In this document: piece after piece, positions 48,399 through 58,700 of the stretch
How the letters are laid out: each line of letters begins with the position of its first letter
Position numbering within the stretch: the stretch's first letter is position 1
Assembly: GCA_963741955.1 (NCBI GenBank)
Contig: CAVUKB010000007.1
Span: 128,001 to 192,000, forward strand
Source of the DNA: an uncultured Acidobacteriota bacterium
Lineage (GTDB): Bacteria > Acidobacteriota > Thermoanaerobaculia > Gp7-AA8
Reading direction: 5' to 3'
DNA length: 64,000 bases
Notes under the pieces: model-generated
Databases searched by the model: none
Told to the model about the DNA's origin: nothing
Seen by the model: the letters and a program-made list of their open reading frames with translations, nothing else
Position numbers and translations under genes: made by a program

Positions 48399-49356
48399 AG
48401 GAGCTCCCTCGTTTCGACCGTTCTGGTCCGGAACGATCACGTTCGGTCTGGTCAGCGTTCCGATCAACCTCCTTCCGGCCAACCGTGCCCGCGCCGTCTC
48501 GATGCGGATGCTGGCGCCGGACGGCACGCCGGTGGAGCGGCACTACTTCTGCGAGAAGGAAGACCGCGAGCTGGACGACGAGGAGATCGTCCGCGGATAC
48601 GAGGTGGAAAAGGGAGAGTTCGTCCTGGTCACGGACGAGGAGCTCGAAGCGATCGAGCCGAGGAAGTCGCGCGACATCGACCTGCGCGAATTCGTTCCCG
48701 TGACTGACGTCGACCCGCGCTTCTTCCGTCGAGCATACTTTCTCGTTCCGGCGGGAGAATCGACCACGGCCTATCGTCTCCTCGCCGATGCGATGGAGCG
48801 AACCGCACGCGCCGGAATCGCGACGTTCGTGATGCGCGGCAAGGAGTACCTCGTCGCGATCATGGCCGAGGACGGGATCCTCCGCGCGGAGACGCTCCGA
48901 TTTGCGGACGAGATCCGCAGTCCCGCCGCGGTCGGTCTTCCCGATCCGGTGAAGGTTGCGAAGAAGAAGATCGATGCGATCGATTCGGAGATCCGCAAGC
49001 ATTCGAAGAAGATCGACTACGAGGAGCTCCTCGACCACCACGCAGAAGAAATCCAGCAGCTCGCAGTCCGCAAGCAGCAGAAGAACGAAGACGTGGTGCG
49101 CACCAGCGACCTCACGCTCGAGAGCGAAGAAGGGGGAGAAGTCGTCGATCTGATGGAAGTCCTTCGCCGGAGCCTCGGCAAGTCGGACGCGAAAGCTCCC
49201 GCACGGCGAGCCGCGCGCGCCTCGAACACCGGAGGTCCTCCTCTGGAGAAGCAGTCGCGCGAAGAGCTGTACCGCGAGGCCCAACGCCTCGACATCCCCG
49301 GCCGGAGCCGCATGAACAAGACCGAGCTCGCCGAAGCGATCCGTCGAAGCGCGTGA
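48391..49356 (+). CDS. ku: NHEJ protein Ku (copy 2) with a C-terminal Rho-N-like helical domain
   Basis: FWSGTITFGLVSVPI, RGYEVEKG, IDLREFV, VVDLMEVLRRSL; tail ELYREAQRLDIPGRSRMNKTELAEAI. Confidence 0.92.
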   Translation: MPEGAPSFRPFWSGTITFGLVSVPINLLPANRARAVSMRMLAPDGTPVERHYFCEKEDRELDDEEIVRGYEVEKGEFVLVTDEELEAIEPRKSRDIDLREFVPVTDVDPRFFRRAYFLVPAGESTTAYRLLADAMERTARAGIATFVMRGKEYLVAIMAEDGILRAETLRFADEIRSPAAVGLPDPVKVAKKKIDAIDSEIRKHSKKIDYEELLDHHAEEIQQLAVRKQQKNEDVVRTSDLTLESEEGGEVVDLMEVLRRSLGKSDAKAPARRAARASNTGGPPLEKQSREELYREAQRLDIPGRSRMNKTELAEAIRRSA

Positions 49357-49400
49357 TCACTCACCACAGTGGTGACCCCTCCGAAATGGCTGCGTCCGCA

Positions 49401-49415
49401 TGGCCCGCCGATTGC
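49401..49415 (+). promoter_or_regulatory. sigma54 -24/-12 promoter candidate
   Basis: TGGCCCGCCGATTGC (GG-N10-GC) about 40 nt upstream of ATG 49455. Confidence 0.55.
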
Positions 49416-49454
49416 GATGGAGAATGGTGGCCGTTCACAGTCCAGGAGGTCAGG

Positions 49455-50453
49455 ATGCAGAAAAGTGGCTTTTTTCGGGTACAAATCGCAGGTGCGATGG
49501 CGCTCGCAATGATGTTCGGAATGTCCGCTTTTGCGGAAAGTCGTCATCATGACAGGACAAGTACCGCGGGACGCCAGCATCAGACGAGCCGGGTGCAGGC
49601 CGATCAGCGGCAGCGGGCTCAGCGCAGCAATGCGGGAGTGCGCGAAAGTGCTCGGGTGACTCGTTCAGACCGCAGCTCGAGCGCACGCGTGGAGCGGTCA
49701 CAGCGTCCGACGAGCGGCCGGAACGCGGCCCGCGACTCACGCGTCATCACTCGTAACGATCGTAACGATCGTGTCATCACGCGCAACGATCGCAGCAGCA
49801 ACAGCGGAGCCGACCGCAACTGGCGTGGCGATCGACAGAACCAGAACCGCTCGCCGCAGAGCTCGAGTCAGTGGAACCGCGGTCGCAACGACAACCGCAA
49901 CTATGGTTCGCGCGGGTCCAACGATCGCAGCTACGGTTCGCGCCGGTCGTATGACCGCGGGTACAACGGGGGCTCACACGGGCGCTTCGTGGTCGGCTCC
50001 GGCCGCGTCAACCGCATCCAGCACTATCGGGGCGGCTATCGGGTCTGGGTCGGCGGCTCGCGCTATCCGTTCTTCGTTCCGGATGCACGTTTCCGTCTCT
50101 TCCCCTTCCGGGTCGGAATTTCCATCCGTCTCGGTGGCTACTACGATCCCCTCGGCTACATCAACGTGTACGACATCGGCGGATACCGCGGCTATGACCC
50201 GGTCTACACCTCCGGTGTACTCCACGGCGTGGTCGAGAGCGTCGACTACCGCCGCGGAACCGCGGTCATCAGCGACGATATCTCCGGACGATTCGTCACG
50301 GTGGTCATGCGGTCGGGCTTCGATCTCCGCCCCGGCGATCAGGTCGAGCTTTCCGGCGACTGGAGCCGCAGCGGGATCTTCCGCGCCTACCGCGTGAACT
50401 GGGTCGGTAACGGATACGACAACCGCGGCTACGACAACTACGGCGGCTACTGA
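49455..50453 (+). CDS. Secreted protein with a long R/S/N/G-rich disordered region and a C-terminal OB-like domain
   Basis: SD aggagg; signal peptide ending SAFA; repeats RVITRNDR and YGSR; GVVESVD..LRPGDQVELSG. Confidence 0.75.
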   Translation: MQKSGFFRVQIAGAMALAMMFGMSAFAESRHHDRTSTAGRQHQTSRVQADQRQRAQRSNAGVRESARVTRSDRSSSARVERSQRPTSGRNAARDSRVITRNDRNDRVITRNDRSSNSGADRNWRGDRQNQNRSPQSSSQWNRGRNDNRNYGSRGSNDRSYGSRRSYDRGYNGGSHGRFVVGSGRVNRIQHYRGGYRVWVGGSRYPFFVPDARFRLFPFRVGISIRLGGYYDPLGYINVYDIGGYRGYDPVYTSGVLHGVVESVDYRRGTAVISDDISGRFVTVVMRSGFDLRPGDQVELSGDWSRSGIFRAYRVNWVGNGYDNRGYDNYGGY

Positions 50454-50476
50454 GCCGAGCGATCGGGTCATTGATG

Positions 50477-50508
50477 AAAAGGCCGGGCTTCGAGCCCGGC
50501 CTTTTTTT
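50477..50508. terminator. Bidirectional intrinsic terminator
   Basis: aaaa-ggccgggct-tcg-agcccggcc-ttttttt between convergent genes. Confidence 0.85.
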
Positions 50509-52802
50509 CAGATCGTGCCGGAGGTGCGGACGATGGAGAGGTCGCCTCCGTTCGACGGAGCCGCGTACGCGGGCCGCCGCTGCAGGAGGCGTTTCCCATC
50601 CGGCGGGAGGCCGTAGGAGACGTCTTCCACGAAGACATCCACCGGTGCGTTCTGCTGGATGAGAAGATCGAGAATCACACCGTCGGGCGGCATGGTTGCG
50701 ATGAAGACGCCGATCCAGTCGGGATCCATGAAGCGATCGTAGGATGAAGAGAGCGGCAGCAGAGGAGCTCCGTTCACAGTGATCGAGCCGATCCGGGAAC
50801 GACCTTCGATGTAGATTCGGGCGCGCGGCGCATGCCGCGGCGAGGTGACCTGAAGTCGGAGGCTTCTTCCAGCCGCTGTCGATTCGTCGTTCAGAACGCG
50901 GATCTGCGGAGGAGGGAGACCGATCCACGGCGCGCCTGCAGCCCGGAATTCGGGTGTGGCGCGGAACCACGGCGCAGGATTCAGGGGCGGCTGGTTCCAT
51001 TGGGCCGCGCGCTCGACGCTCTCAGGAAGCTCGGTTCCCGAGACGATCCACTGCGACTCACCGGCGTCGGCGGCCTCGAACCAGGTGAAGTTGAGATGTT
51101 GCGGCGACGCCACCGACCATGGATAGACGAGAAGCGCAGCCACCAGCAGGCCCGCAGCAGCGATGCCGGAGACGATCAGGGCTCCACGCCGGAATGACGA
51201 TCCGGATGCCGCGATCAGAGGTGCGACCGTCATCGCGACGATCGCGACCAGGATTCCGCTCAACACCGCACCGGTCAGACCGAGCGCATCCCAGGTGAGC
51301 CACGCGATCGGAAAGAGGATCGCAGCAGCCGCGACTCCGCCGATTCCTGCGGCGGTCATCTGTGCCGTGTCCGCGTCGCGGAAGAGCACCGACCCGGCGA
51401 GGAGCGAAAGGTTCAGCGCGACCGAAGGCACCAGTGCGACATAGCTCGCCTCCGGGTACGCGAATGCCAGTCCGCACGCGATCGCGGTGAGCCAGAGGGC
51501 CGCACCTCCGATCATCCCGTCGACCCCCGCGAGGCGGAAGAACAGACGTGCGGAGACGAGACTCCAGAACGCGGCCCCGATCCAGAAGAACGCGATCGCC
51601 GGTTGCGGGTATGCGACCCACTGGGCGGGAAATGCACCGCTGCGCACGAGGAGCCAGGCGGCCGCCGCTCCTGCCAGAGCGGGAAGGATCACGGCGACGA
51701 TCCATGCGGCACTCCCGGCGCCGATCTCTCGTGCTCCGAAGGTTCGCCGTCTCCGCGCGAGGACGAGCGCGATCACGAAGAGAAGAATGTCGATCCCCGC
51801 GATGACGATGCTCCACCCCAGCGGCCAGTGCACCACGATGCTGTTGAAGAGATCGAACCAGACTTCCCTCGTCTGCGGCGTCGAATCGAGATCCGCGTCC
51901 GCGAATGCACGGACCATCGCCAGCGCGTTGTCGCCCTGCTGCTGGAGGCTTCCGCGAGAGAGATGGTCGAGATCGTCCAGCGGAGTGTGATACCGCAAGG
52001 GGTCGCCGATGAATGCGAAGTTCATCCCCGGGATGCCCGCGCGTCGGAAGACGGTGAAGTCGGTGTCGTTCGGCATCTCGCGGTAGATGCGGTAGAAGAG
52101 AGATCCGGTGGCAGGGCGGGCGAGAGCGTTCGCCATGGTGTCGACGATCCAGCCGTTCCCGCGACTGGTCTCGAACATCAGACTCGGACCCGAGGTGCCA
52201 CGCGCTTCCAGATTCACGACCGCGCCGATCTCACGCGCCCACGGATGAAGGCGCGTGAACGCCACCGCACCGAGCAACCCCGCTTCTTCTCCATCGTCGA
52301 ACAGAAAGACCACCGGATTTCTCGGAGGCGCGCCCTCTCGGAGGATTCGTGCGCTCTCCAGGAGAGTGACCACGCCCGAAAGATCGTCCGCGACGCCCGG
52401 AGCAGCTGCGACCGAATCGTAGTGCGCGGCGAGAAGGACCGCCGGACCTGACTCGCGCCCCGGGAGGCGGGCGAATATGTTCTCGACTTCGCCGCACACC
52501 GCGTTGCCGTTGCAGACGAACGCTTCCTGAATCTGGGGCTGATACCCGAGCAGGCGCAGCTCCTGGACGATGCGTTCCTTCAGAGCGCGATTGGTGGCGG
52601 AGCCGACCGGGTGGGGAGCGCCGGTGGGAACCAGCCGCTCCATCATCTGTGCCGCGCGTTCCGCGGAGAAGGACGAGCCGGCGTTCAGCGCCGCGCGTGG
52701 AGGCGCCGGCAGGAGCCGGATCACCACGATCAGAAAGACCACCGTGACCAGACCGCCCACCAGTGCGGCTGCGGCGCGGTATCGTGCTTCGATCGAAGTC
52801 AT
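50508..52802 (-). CDS. Integral-membrane M28 peptidase (ERMP1-like architecture)
   Basis: AHYDSV, GVADD, GEEAGLLG, NLEARG, YHTPLD; multiple TM segments. Confidence 0.9.
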   Translation of the reverse strand: MTSIEARYRAAAALVGGLVTVVFLIVVIRLLPAPPRAALNAGSSFSAERAAQMMERLVPTGAPHPVGSATNRALKERIVQELRLLGYQPQIQEAFVCNGNAVCGEVENIFARLPGRESGPAVLLAAHYDSVAAAPGVADDLSGVVTLLESARILREGAPPRNPVVFLFDDGEEAGLLGAVAFTRLHPWAREIGAVVNLEARGTSGPSLMFETSRGNGWIVDTMANALARPATGSLFYRIYREMPNDTDFTVFRRAGIPGMNFAFIGDPLRYHTPLDDLDHLSRGSLQQQGDNALAMVRAFADADLDSTPQTREVWFDLFNSIVVHWPLGWSIVIAGIDILLFVIALVLARRRRTFGAREIGAGSAAWIVAVILPALAGAAAAWLLVRSGAFPAQWVAYPQPAIAFFWIGAAFWSLVSARLFFRLAGVDGMIGGAALWLTAIACGLAFAYPEASYVALVPSVALNLSLLAGSVLFRDADTAQMTAAGIGGVAAAAILFPIAWLTWDALGLTGAVLSGILVAIVAMTVAPLIAASGSSFRRGALIVSGIAAAGLLVAALLVYPWSVASPQHLNFTWFEAADAGESQWIVSGTELPESVERAAQWNQPPLNPAPWFRATPEFRAAGAPWIGLPPPQIRVLNDESTAAGRSLRLQVTSPRHAPRARIYIEGRSRIGSITVNGAPLLPLSSSYDRFMDPDWIGVFIATMPPDGVILDLLIQQNAPVDVFVEDVSYGLPPDGKRLLQRRPAYAAPSNGGDLSIVRTSGTI

Positions 52803-53356
52803 GGTTTCGGAGCCTCGGGTTGTCGGGAGAAGCCGTCGGGCTGTGGTATCGCAGGAGACGTGGTGGAGCCGTCCGGATCGGCGAAACTGTCGTCGTCATC
52901 GATACGGTGTACGAGACTCTTCACTTGGACCTCACCGGGTGATCTGAACAATGTATAGCCGGAGTAGCTCTTCTCTGTAAAGGGAGGAACCAGGAGTTTC
53001 CGCAGTACCCGTTTCCGAACCAGGTTGCCTTCGTGATCGCGGTACTCGATGGTTGCACGGAACTCCCACGGCTGGTCGGTTCGGTTCGCGATCGAGAGGG
53101 TGAAATCGCGACGCACGAATCCCTCCTCCGTCCCGGTGATCTCATCCCGGAACGTCGAGTCCCACCCCGTCTGACGGTCGTCCCGCCGGTCCTCGCGCCG
53201 TAATCCGAGAATGGTGAAGGTAGCGTCGCGGTCGAGCGGACGCGAGCGGACCACGATCTCCTTGCGGCTGGATGCCCGCAGCGGTTTCTCCCGGCCGCAG
53301 GAGAGAGCCGGCGTGACGAGGAGACCGAGCAGAAGAACAGTCAACGCTCGTTTCAC
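52799..53356 (-). CDS. Hypothetical lipoprotein
   Basis: MKRALTVLLLGLLVTPALSC lipobox; overlaps both neighbours by 4 nt. Confidence 0.7.
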   Translation of the reverse strand: MKRALTVLLLGLLVTPALSCGREKPLRASSRKEIVVRSRPLDRDATFTILGLRREDRRDDRQTGWDSTFRDEITGTEEGFVRRDFTLSIANRTDQPWEFRATIEYRDHEGNLVRKRVLRKLLVPPFTEKSYSGYTLFRSPGEVQVKSLVHRIDDDDSFADPDGSTTSPAIPQPDGFSRQPEAPKP

Positions 53357-54450
53357 GATTGATCCCTGATCTGGCGCCGGAACGAGCGGAGCGTCACCAC
53401 GATCAGGGTCAGCACCGTGATCGGAATGACGAAGGTCATCATCGACCGGCTGAAGATCGGAAGTGCGTCGTGTTCCGTCGCCTGAAGAACGAGGTACGCG
53501 ACGTACGCGGCGTAGTAGAAGACGAAGATCGCTCCTTCCCAGCGCGCGATGCGGTAGCCGTTGAAGAAGATCGGAAGACAGGCCACCGCGACCGCGAGCA
53601 TCACCGGCATGTCGAACGACACCGCCGATGCCGGTACGCCGACGCCTGCGGGAGCGACCATCGCCGTGACTCCCAGTACTGCCAGAACGTTGAAGATATT
53701 GGATCCGACGACGTTGCCGACCGAGATGTCCCGCTCTCCTCGGAACGATGCGATCACCGACGTCGCCAGCTCCGGCAGGCCCGTCCCGACCGCGACGACC
53801 GTCAGTCCGATCACCAGCTGGCTGATCCCGAAGAGAGAGGCGATGACTGTCGCGGAGTGGACCAGCCAGCGGGCTCCCAGCCAGAGGAGGAACGTTCCCG
53901 CCGCGATCAGGAGGAGGTCGATTCCAGCGTGCCGTCTCCGTGGTGTCTCGGGTGCTTCGCCGTATTTCTTCTCGTACTCCTGGCGAACGCGGCGCGTCTC
54001 CCGGCGGCTCTTCAGTATCGCGAAGACGGTATAGACCGCCGATCCGATCGCGAGAACGATCCCGTCGATCCTCGACAGGACGCCGTCGAGCGACATCAGA
54101 TAGAGAACGCCGAAGATGCCGATCATCAGCGGGACGTCGAGGCGAATCAGCTGCTGATGGACGACCAGAGGCGCTGCGACGGCGGAGATCCCGAGGATCA
54201 GGAGGATGTTGGCGATGTTACTCCCGACCACGTTGCCGACCGCCAGATCACTATGACCGGCCAGTGCGGCACTGACGCTCACTGCGAGTTCTGGGGCGCT
54301 CGTTCCGTACGCCACTACGGTGAGTCCGACCACCAGCGGAGAGATTCCTGCTGCGACCGCGATGCTGGATGCACCGCGTACGAGAAGATCGGCTCCGGCG
54401 ACGAGTGCCGCGATCCCCAGACAGAACAGAACGATGGTGAGAACCGACAT
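53353..54450 (-). CDS. Calcium/sodium antiporter (CaCA, YrbG-like), copy 1
   Basis: GTSAPE..GNVVGSNIAN and GTGLPE..GNVVGSNIFN alpha repeats. Confidence 0.95.
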   Translation of the reverse strand: MSVLTIVLFCLGIAALVAGADLLVRGASSIAVAAGISPLVVGLTVVAYGTSAPELAVSVSAALAGHSDLAVGNVVGSNIANILLILGISAVAAPLVVHQQLIRLDVPLMIGIFGVLYLMSLDGVLSRIDGIVLAIGSAVYTVFAILKSRRETRRVRQEYEKKYGEAPETPRRRHAGIDLLLIAAGTFLLWLGARWLVHSATVIASLFGISQLVIGLTVVAVGTGLPELATSVIASFRGERDISVGNVVGSNIFNVLAVLGVTAMVAPAGVGVPASAVSFDMPVMLAVAVACLPIFFNGYRIARWEGAIFVFYYAAYVAYLVLQATEHDALPIFSRSMMTFVIPITVLTLIVVTLRSFRRQIRDQS

Positions 54451-54553
54451 GATCGATCGGAAGCTCCGGCTTCGATGCTATCAGACGGGCGGCGGTGATT
54501 CGCCAACATCGATCCTTATTGGGTGGGCCGTCGCCGCCTGGCAGCACTCCGTC

Positions 54554-55660
54554 TCACTCTTCCGGATGCGAACGGGATCGTTTTCTGATCTCGAATATCG
54601 TCACCACCGCGAGCGTCACTGCCGTGATCGGGAGAACGAACCAGATCATCACCCGCTCGAAGAGGATCATCCGCGACGCGTCCGTCGCCTTCATCACCAC
54701 ATACGTCGTGTACGCCCCGTAGTAGAAGAGAAAGAACGCCCCCTCCCAACGTTCGATCCGTGAACCCGAGAAGAAGACGGGGAGGCACGCGACCGCGACT
54801 ACCAGCATCACCGGAATGTCGAATCCGATGGCGGACTCGGAGACGTGAACTCCGCCGGGAACCACTGCCGCGGAGAGCCCGAGCACCGCGAGAATATTGA
54901 AGATGTTCGAGCCGACGACATTGCCGACCGAGATGTCGCGCTCTCCGCGCGCCGCGGCGACGACGGACGTCGCGAGCTCCGGAAGGGAGGTTCCCACCGC
55001 CACGACGGTGAGGCCGATCACCAGAGAGCTGATGTGGAACATCTCCGCCAGCGTCGTGGCACCCGTCACCAGCCAGCGCGATCCGAGCCAGAGAAGGAAG
55101 ATCCCGACGGCGATGAGCGCGAAATCCGTGGCGATACGCGCCGGCTTGCGTTCCTCCGCTGGTGACGCGCCGTACTCCTGTTCGTACTCTTCCTTCACTG
55201 CTCTCGTCTCGCTGCGGCTCTTGCGGATCGCAAAGAGCGTGTACGCGATCGCCCCGGCGAAGAGGATCGCTCCTTCCAGGGGCGACACTACGCCGTTCCA
55301 GCTCATCCCGAGGAGCACTCCGGAAATCAGTACCATCAGGGGGACGTCGAGCCGGATCAGCTGCTGCGCGACGGCGAGCGGCGCGACGAGCGCGGAAACG
55401 CCGAGGATCAGGAGGACGTTCGCGATGTTGCTGCCGACCACGTTGCCGATCGCGATGTCCGCCTGCCCGACCAGAATCGCGTGGATGCTCACCGCGAGCT
55501 CCGGCGCACTCGTTCCGTATGCGACGACGGTCAGTCCGACCACCAGCGGCGAGATCCCCATCGACGTCGCGAGTCGCGAAGCTCCCCGAACCAGAAGATC
55601 TGCCCCTCCGACCAGGAGAGCGATCCCTGCGAGCAGCATCGCGATCGTGATCCAGCTCAT
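54554..55660 (-). CDS. Calcium/sodium antiporter (CaCA, YrbG-like), copy 2
   Basis: GTSAPE and GTSLPE alpha repeats. Confidence 0.95.
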   Translation of the reverse strand: MSWITIAMLLAGIALLVGGADLLVRGASRLATSMGISPLVVGLTVVAYGTSAPELAVSIHAILVGQADIAIGNVVGSNIANVLLILGVSALVAPLAVAQQLIRLDVPLMVLISGVLLGMSWNGVVSPLEGAILFAGAIAYTLFAIRKSRSETRAVKEEYEQEYGASPAEERKPARIATDFALIAVGIFLLWLGSRWLVTGATTLAEMFHISSLVIGLTVVAVGTSLPELATSVVAAARGERDISVGNVVGSNIFNILAVLGLSAAVVPGGVHVSESAIGFDIPVMLVVAVACLPVFFSGSRIERWEGAFFLFYYGAYTTYVVMKATDASRMILFERVMIWFVLPITAVTLAVVTIFEIRKRSRSHPEE

Positions 55661-55730
55661 CGACTGCGAATTGTAACCGCAAGTGAGAGGTCGGATCTGG
55701 TATCGAGTATCTGATTTCTGTTATCTAAGA

Positions 55731-55751
55731 ACATCCGACATCCGACATCCA
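55731..55751. repeat. Heptamer tandem repeat (ACATCCG)x3
   Basis: acatccg acatccg acatcca, read directly. Confidence 0.7.
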
Positions 55752-55765
55752 ACATGGGGGGCTTC

Positions 55766-58700
55766 ATGAAACGACTCGCCACGCTTCTCGTCGTCTCTTT
55801 CGCGATGTGTGCGGCTTCGATCGCGCACGGGGCCACACCTGCACTGAGCCAGCCGGCCCTCTCTCCCGATGGGAGCGAGATCGCATTCGTCGCCGGCGGC
55901 GACATCTGGACCGTCCCGGCGAAAGGAGGCGTGGCGCGGCTGCTGGTTGCGAGCCCCGCGACCGACTCGAGGCCTCTCTACTCTCCGGACGGAAAGTTTC
56001 TCGCCTTCGACTCCGACCGCAGCGGCAATGGTGACGTCTACCTGCTCGATCTGCGGAGTGGAGCTCTCCGGCGACTGACCTGGGACGATGGATTCGAGTC
56101 GCTCGACTCCATCTCGAAAGACGGCCGCTGGATCTACTACTCCTCCAACAGCGCCGACGTCTCGGGGATGGACGACGTCTACCGAGTCAGCGTCGACGGC
56201 GGAACTCCGATGATCGTGTCGGGCGAGCGTTACACCAACGAGTATTTCGCCGATCCGTCGCCGGACGGAAAGACTCTCGCTCTGACCGCACTCGGAATCG
56301 TCTCCGGCCAGTGGTGGCGCCACGGCCACAGCCACATCGATACCACCGAGATCTGGACCAGGCGACTGGACGGAGATCCCGGCTACACGAAGATCGTCGC
56401 CGGAAACGCGAAGAACGCGTGGCCGATGTGGAGCCCGTCCGGCGACCGGATCTACTTCATGTCGGATCGGGACGGCAACGAGAACCTCTGGTCCACCACT
56501 CTGTCGGGTGATCTTGCGCAGCTCACCCGCTTCACCGACGGGCGGGTGCTCTGGCCGACCATCGCTGCGAACGGGAGCGCGATCGCCTTCGAGCGCGATT
56601 TCGGAATCTCGCTTCTCGACCTCACCACCGGCGGGGTCGCTCCCGTCACCGTCGATCTTCTCGGCGCGCCCGGATCGATCCCGGTCGAGCACCGCCGGTT
56701 CAGCAGTGACATCGACGAAGTCTCGCTCTCTCCGGACGGAAAGAAAGTGGCCTTCGTCGTTCACGGCGAAGTCTTCGCCGCGGATGCGAAAGAGGGTGGC
56801 GACGCGTTCCGCGTCACGACCACCCCCGCCGCGGAATCTCAGATCTCCTGGGCCCCTGACTCGAAGCGACTCGTCTACGTCTCCGAGAGAGGGGGTGCTC
56901 CGGGCATCTGGAGCTACGACTTCGGGAGCGGGAAGGAGACCCGCATCTCTCAGGGGAGCGGCGCCGATTTCGCCCCCTTCTTCTCGCCCGACGGGAAGAG
57001 CATCGCGTACCTGCGGAACGGGCGCGAGATACACATCGTGAGTGCCGGCGGGAGCGGCGATCGCGTCATCGCGACGGCGAACGTCGACATCCGTCCCCCG
57101 CTCCAGTCGACCCGTCCTTACGTCTGGTCGCACGACGGGCGCTGGATCGCGTTCATGGCGTCGGGCGAACGGATGTTCCGCAACGCGTGGGTCGTGCCGG
57201 TCGACGGATCATCCACCCCGGCGGAGGCGAGCTTCCTCGCCAACGTGAACAACGACACGGTGAGCTGGAGCCCGGACGGAACCTACCTTCTGTTCGACAG
57301 TTCGCAGCGCACCGAGCCGGGCGAGGTCGCGCGCGTCGACCTCGTGGCGGAGACGCCGAAGTTCCGAGAGCAGCAGTTCCGGGAGCTCTTCGAGGAACAG
57401 ACGCCGAAGAGCGTGCCTTCGAACAAGGAGCGCGCGAAAACCGCAACCACGAACAGCGGCGGAAACGGCTCGACCGAAAAGGAGAACGCGATCGCGCCGG
57501 TGAAGATCGATCTCGCCGGAATTCGCTCACGGCTGACCCTCCTCCCACTCGGAATCGACGTCAGTTCCGTGGCGATCAGCCCGGACGGTAAGCACCTTCT
57601 GGTCGATGCGACCTCCGCAGGCCAGGAGAATCTTTACGTCTATCCTCTCGATCCTCTCTCGAAAGACGAGCCGGTCGCGAAGCAGATCACCTCGACCACC
57701 GGATCGAAGCGAAGCGCGCACTTCACTCCCGACTCGAAGGAAGTGATCTACCTCGATCGCGGGAAGATCATGCGCGTCTCGATCGACGATGAAAAGACGA
57801 AGCCGATCGCCGTCACCGCAGAGATGGACGTCGACTTCGGCCGCGACAAGCTCGAAGCATTCGATCAGGCCTGGAGCTGGATGAGGGATCTCTTCCACGA
57901 TCCGAAGATGAACGGCGCGGACTGGAACCTCGTTCGCCGCGAGTTTCAGCCCCGGGTCGAAGCGGCTTCCACTCCTGACGGCTTCCGCCGCCTCCTGTCG
58001 CTGATGGTCGGAGAGCTCAACGCCTCGCATCTGGGCGCGCGCTCGAGTGATCGACCGGAACGGACCACGGGGCACCTCGGGCTCCGCTTCGACCGCGATG
58101 CGTACGAGAAGAACGGCATTCTCGAGATCACGGAAGTGGTGCCGCTCTCTCCCGCTGCAGTGAGCGGGAAAATTGCGGCCGGCGATGTTCTCCTGGCGAT
58201 CGATGGCAAGTCGGTCGATCGCTCCACTCCTCTCGCGATGCTGCTCGATCACCGGATCGGTAAAGAGACGCGCCTGACGGTGAGCTCGCCGGGAAGCTCG
58301 GTGCGTCGCGACGTTGCAGTCAAGCCGGTGAGTCTGGGGTCGGCGAAAGAGCTGCTGTACAGAGCGTGGGTGGAGAGCAACCGCGCATACGTCGATCGGA
58401 TCAGTGGAGGACGTCTCGGCTACGTGCACATGGCCGACATGTCGTCCGATTCACTCGCACGCCTGATGGTGGATCTCGATGCGCAGAACCTGTCGCGCGA
58501 TGGCGTGGTGATCGACATCCGCAACAACAACGGCGGTTTCGTCAACGCTTATGCGCTCGACGTCTTCGGCCGGCGGCACTATCTGAACATGACCTTCCGC
58601 GGAATGGACACCGTGCCGGCGCGTTCGGTACTCGGCCAGCGCGCGCTCGAAAAACCGACCGTTCTGGTGACCAACCGCCATTCACTCTCCGATGCGGAGG

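Noticed and set aside
47610-49356. Ku genes as phage Gam-like or prophage markers
   Set aside because: No phage genes, integrase or compositional shift nearby.
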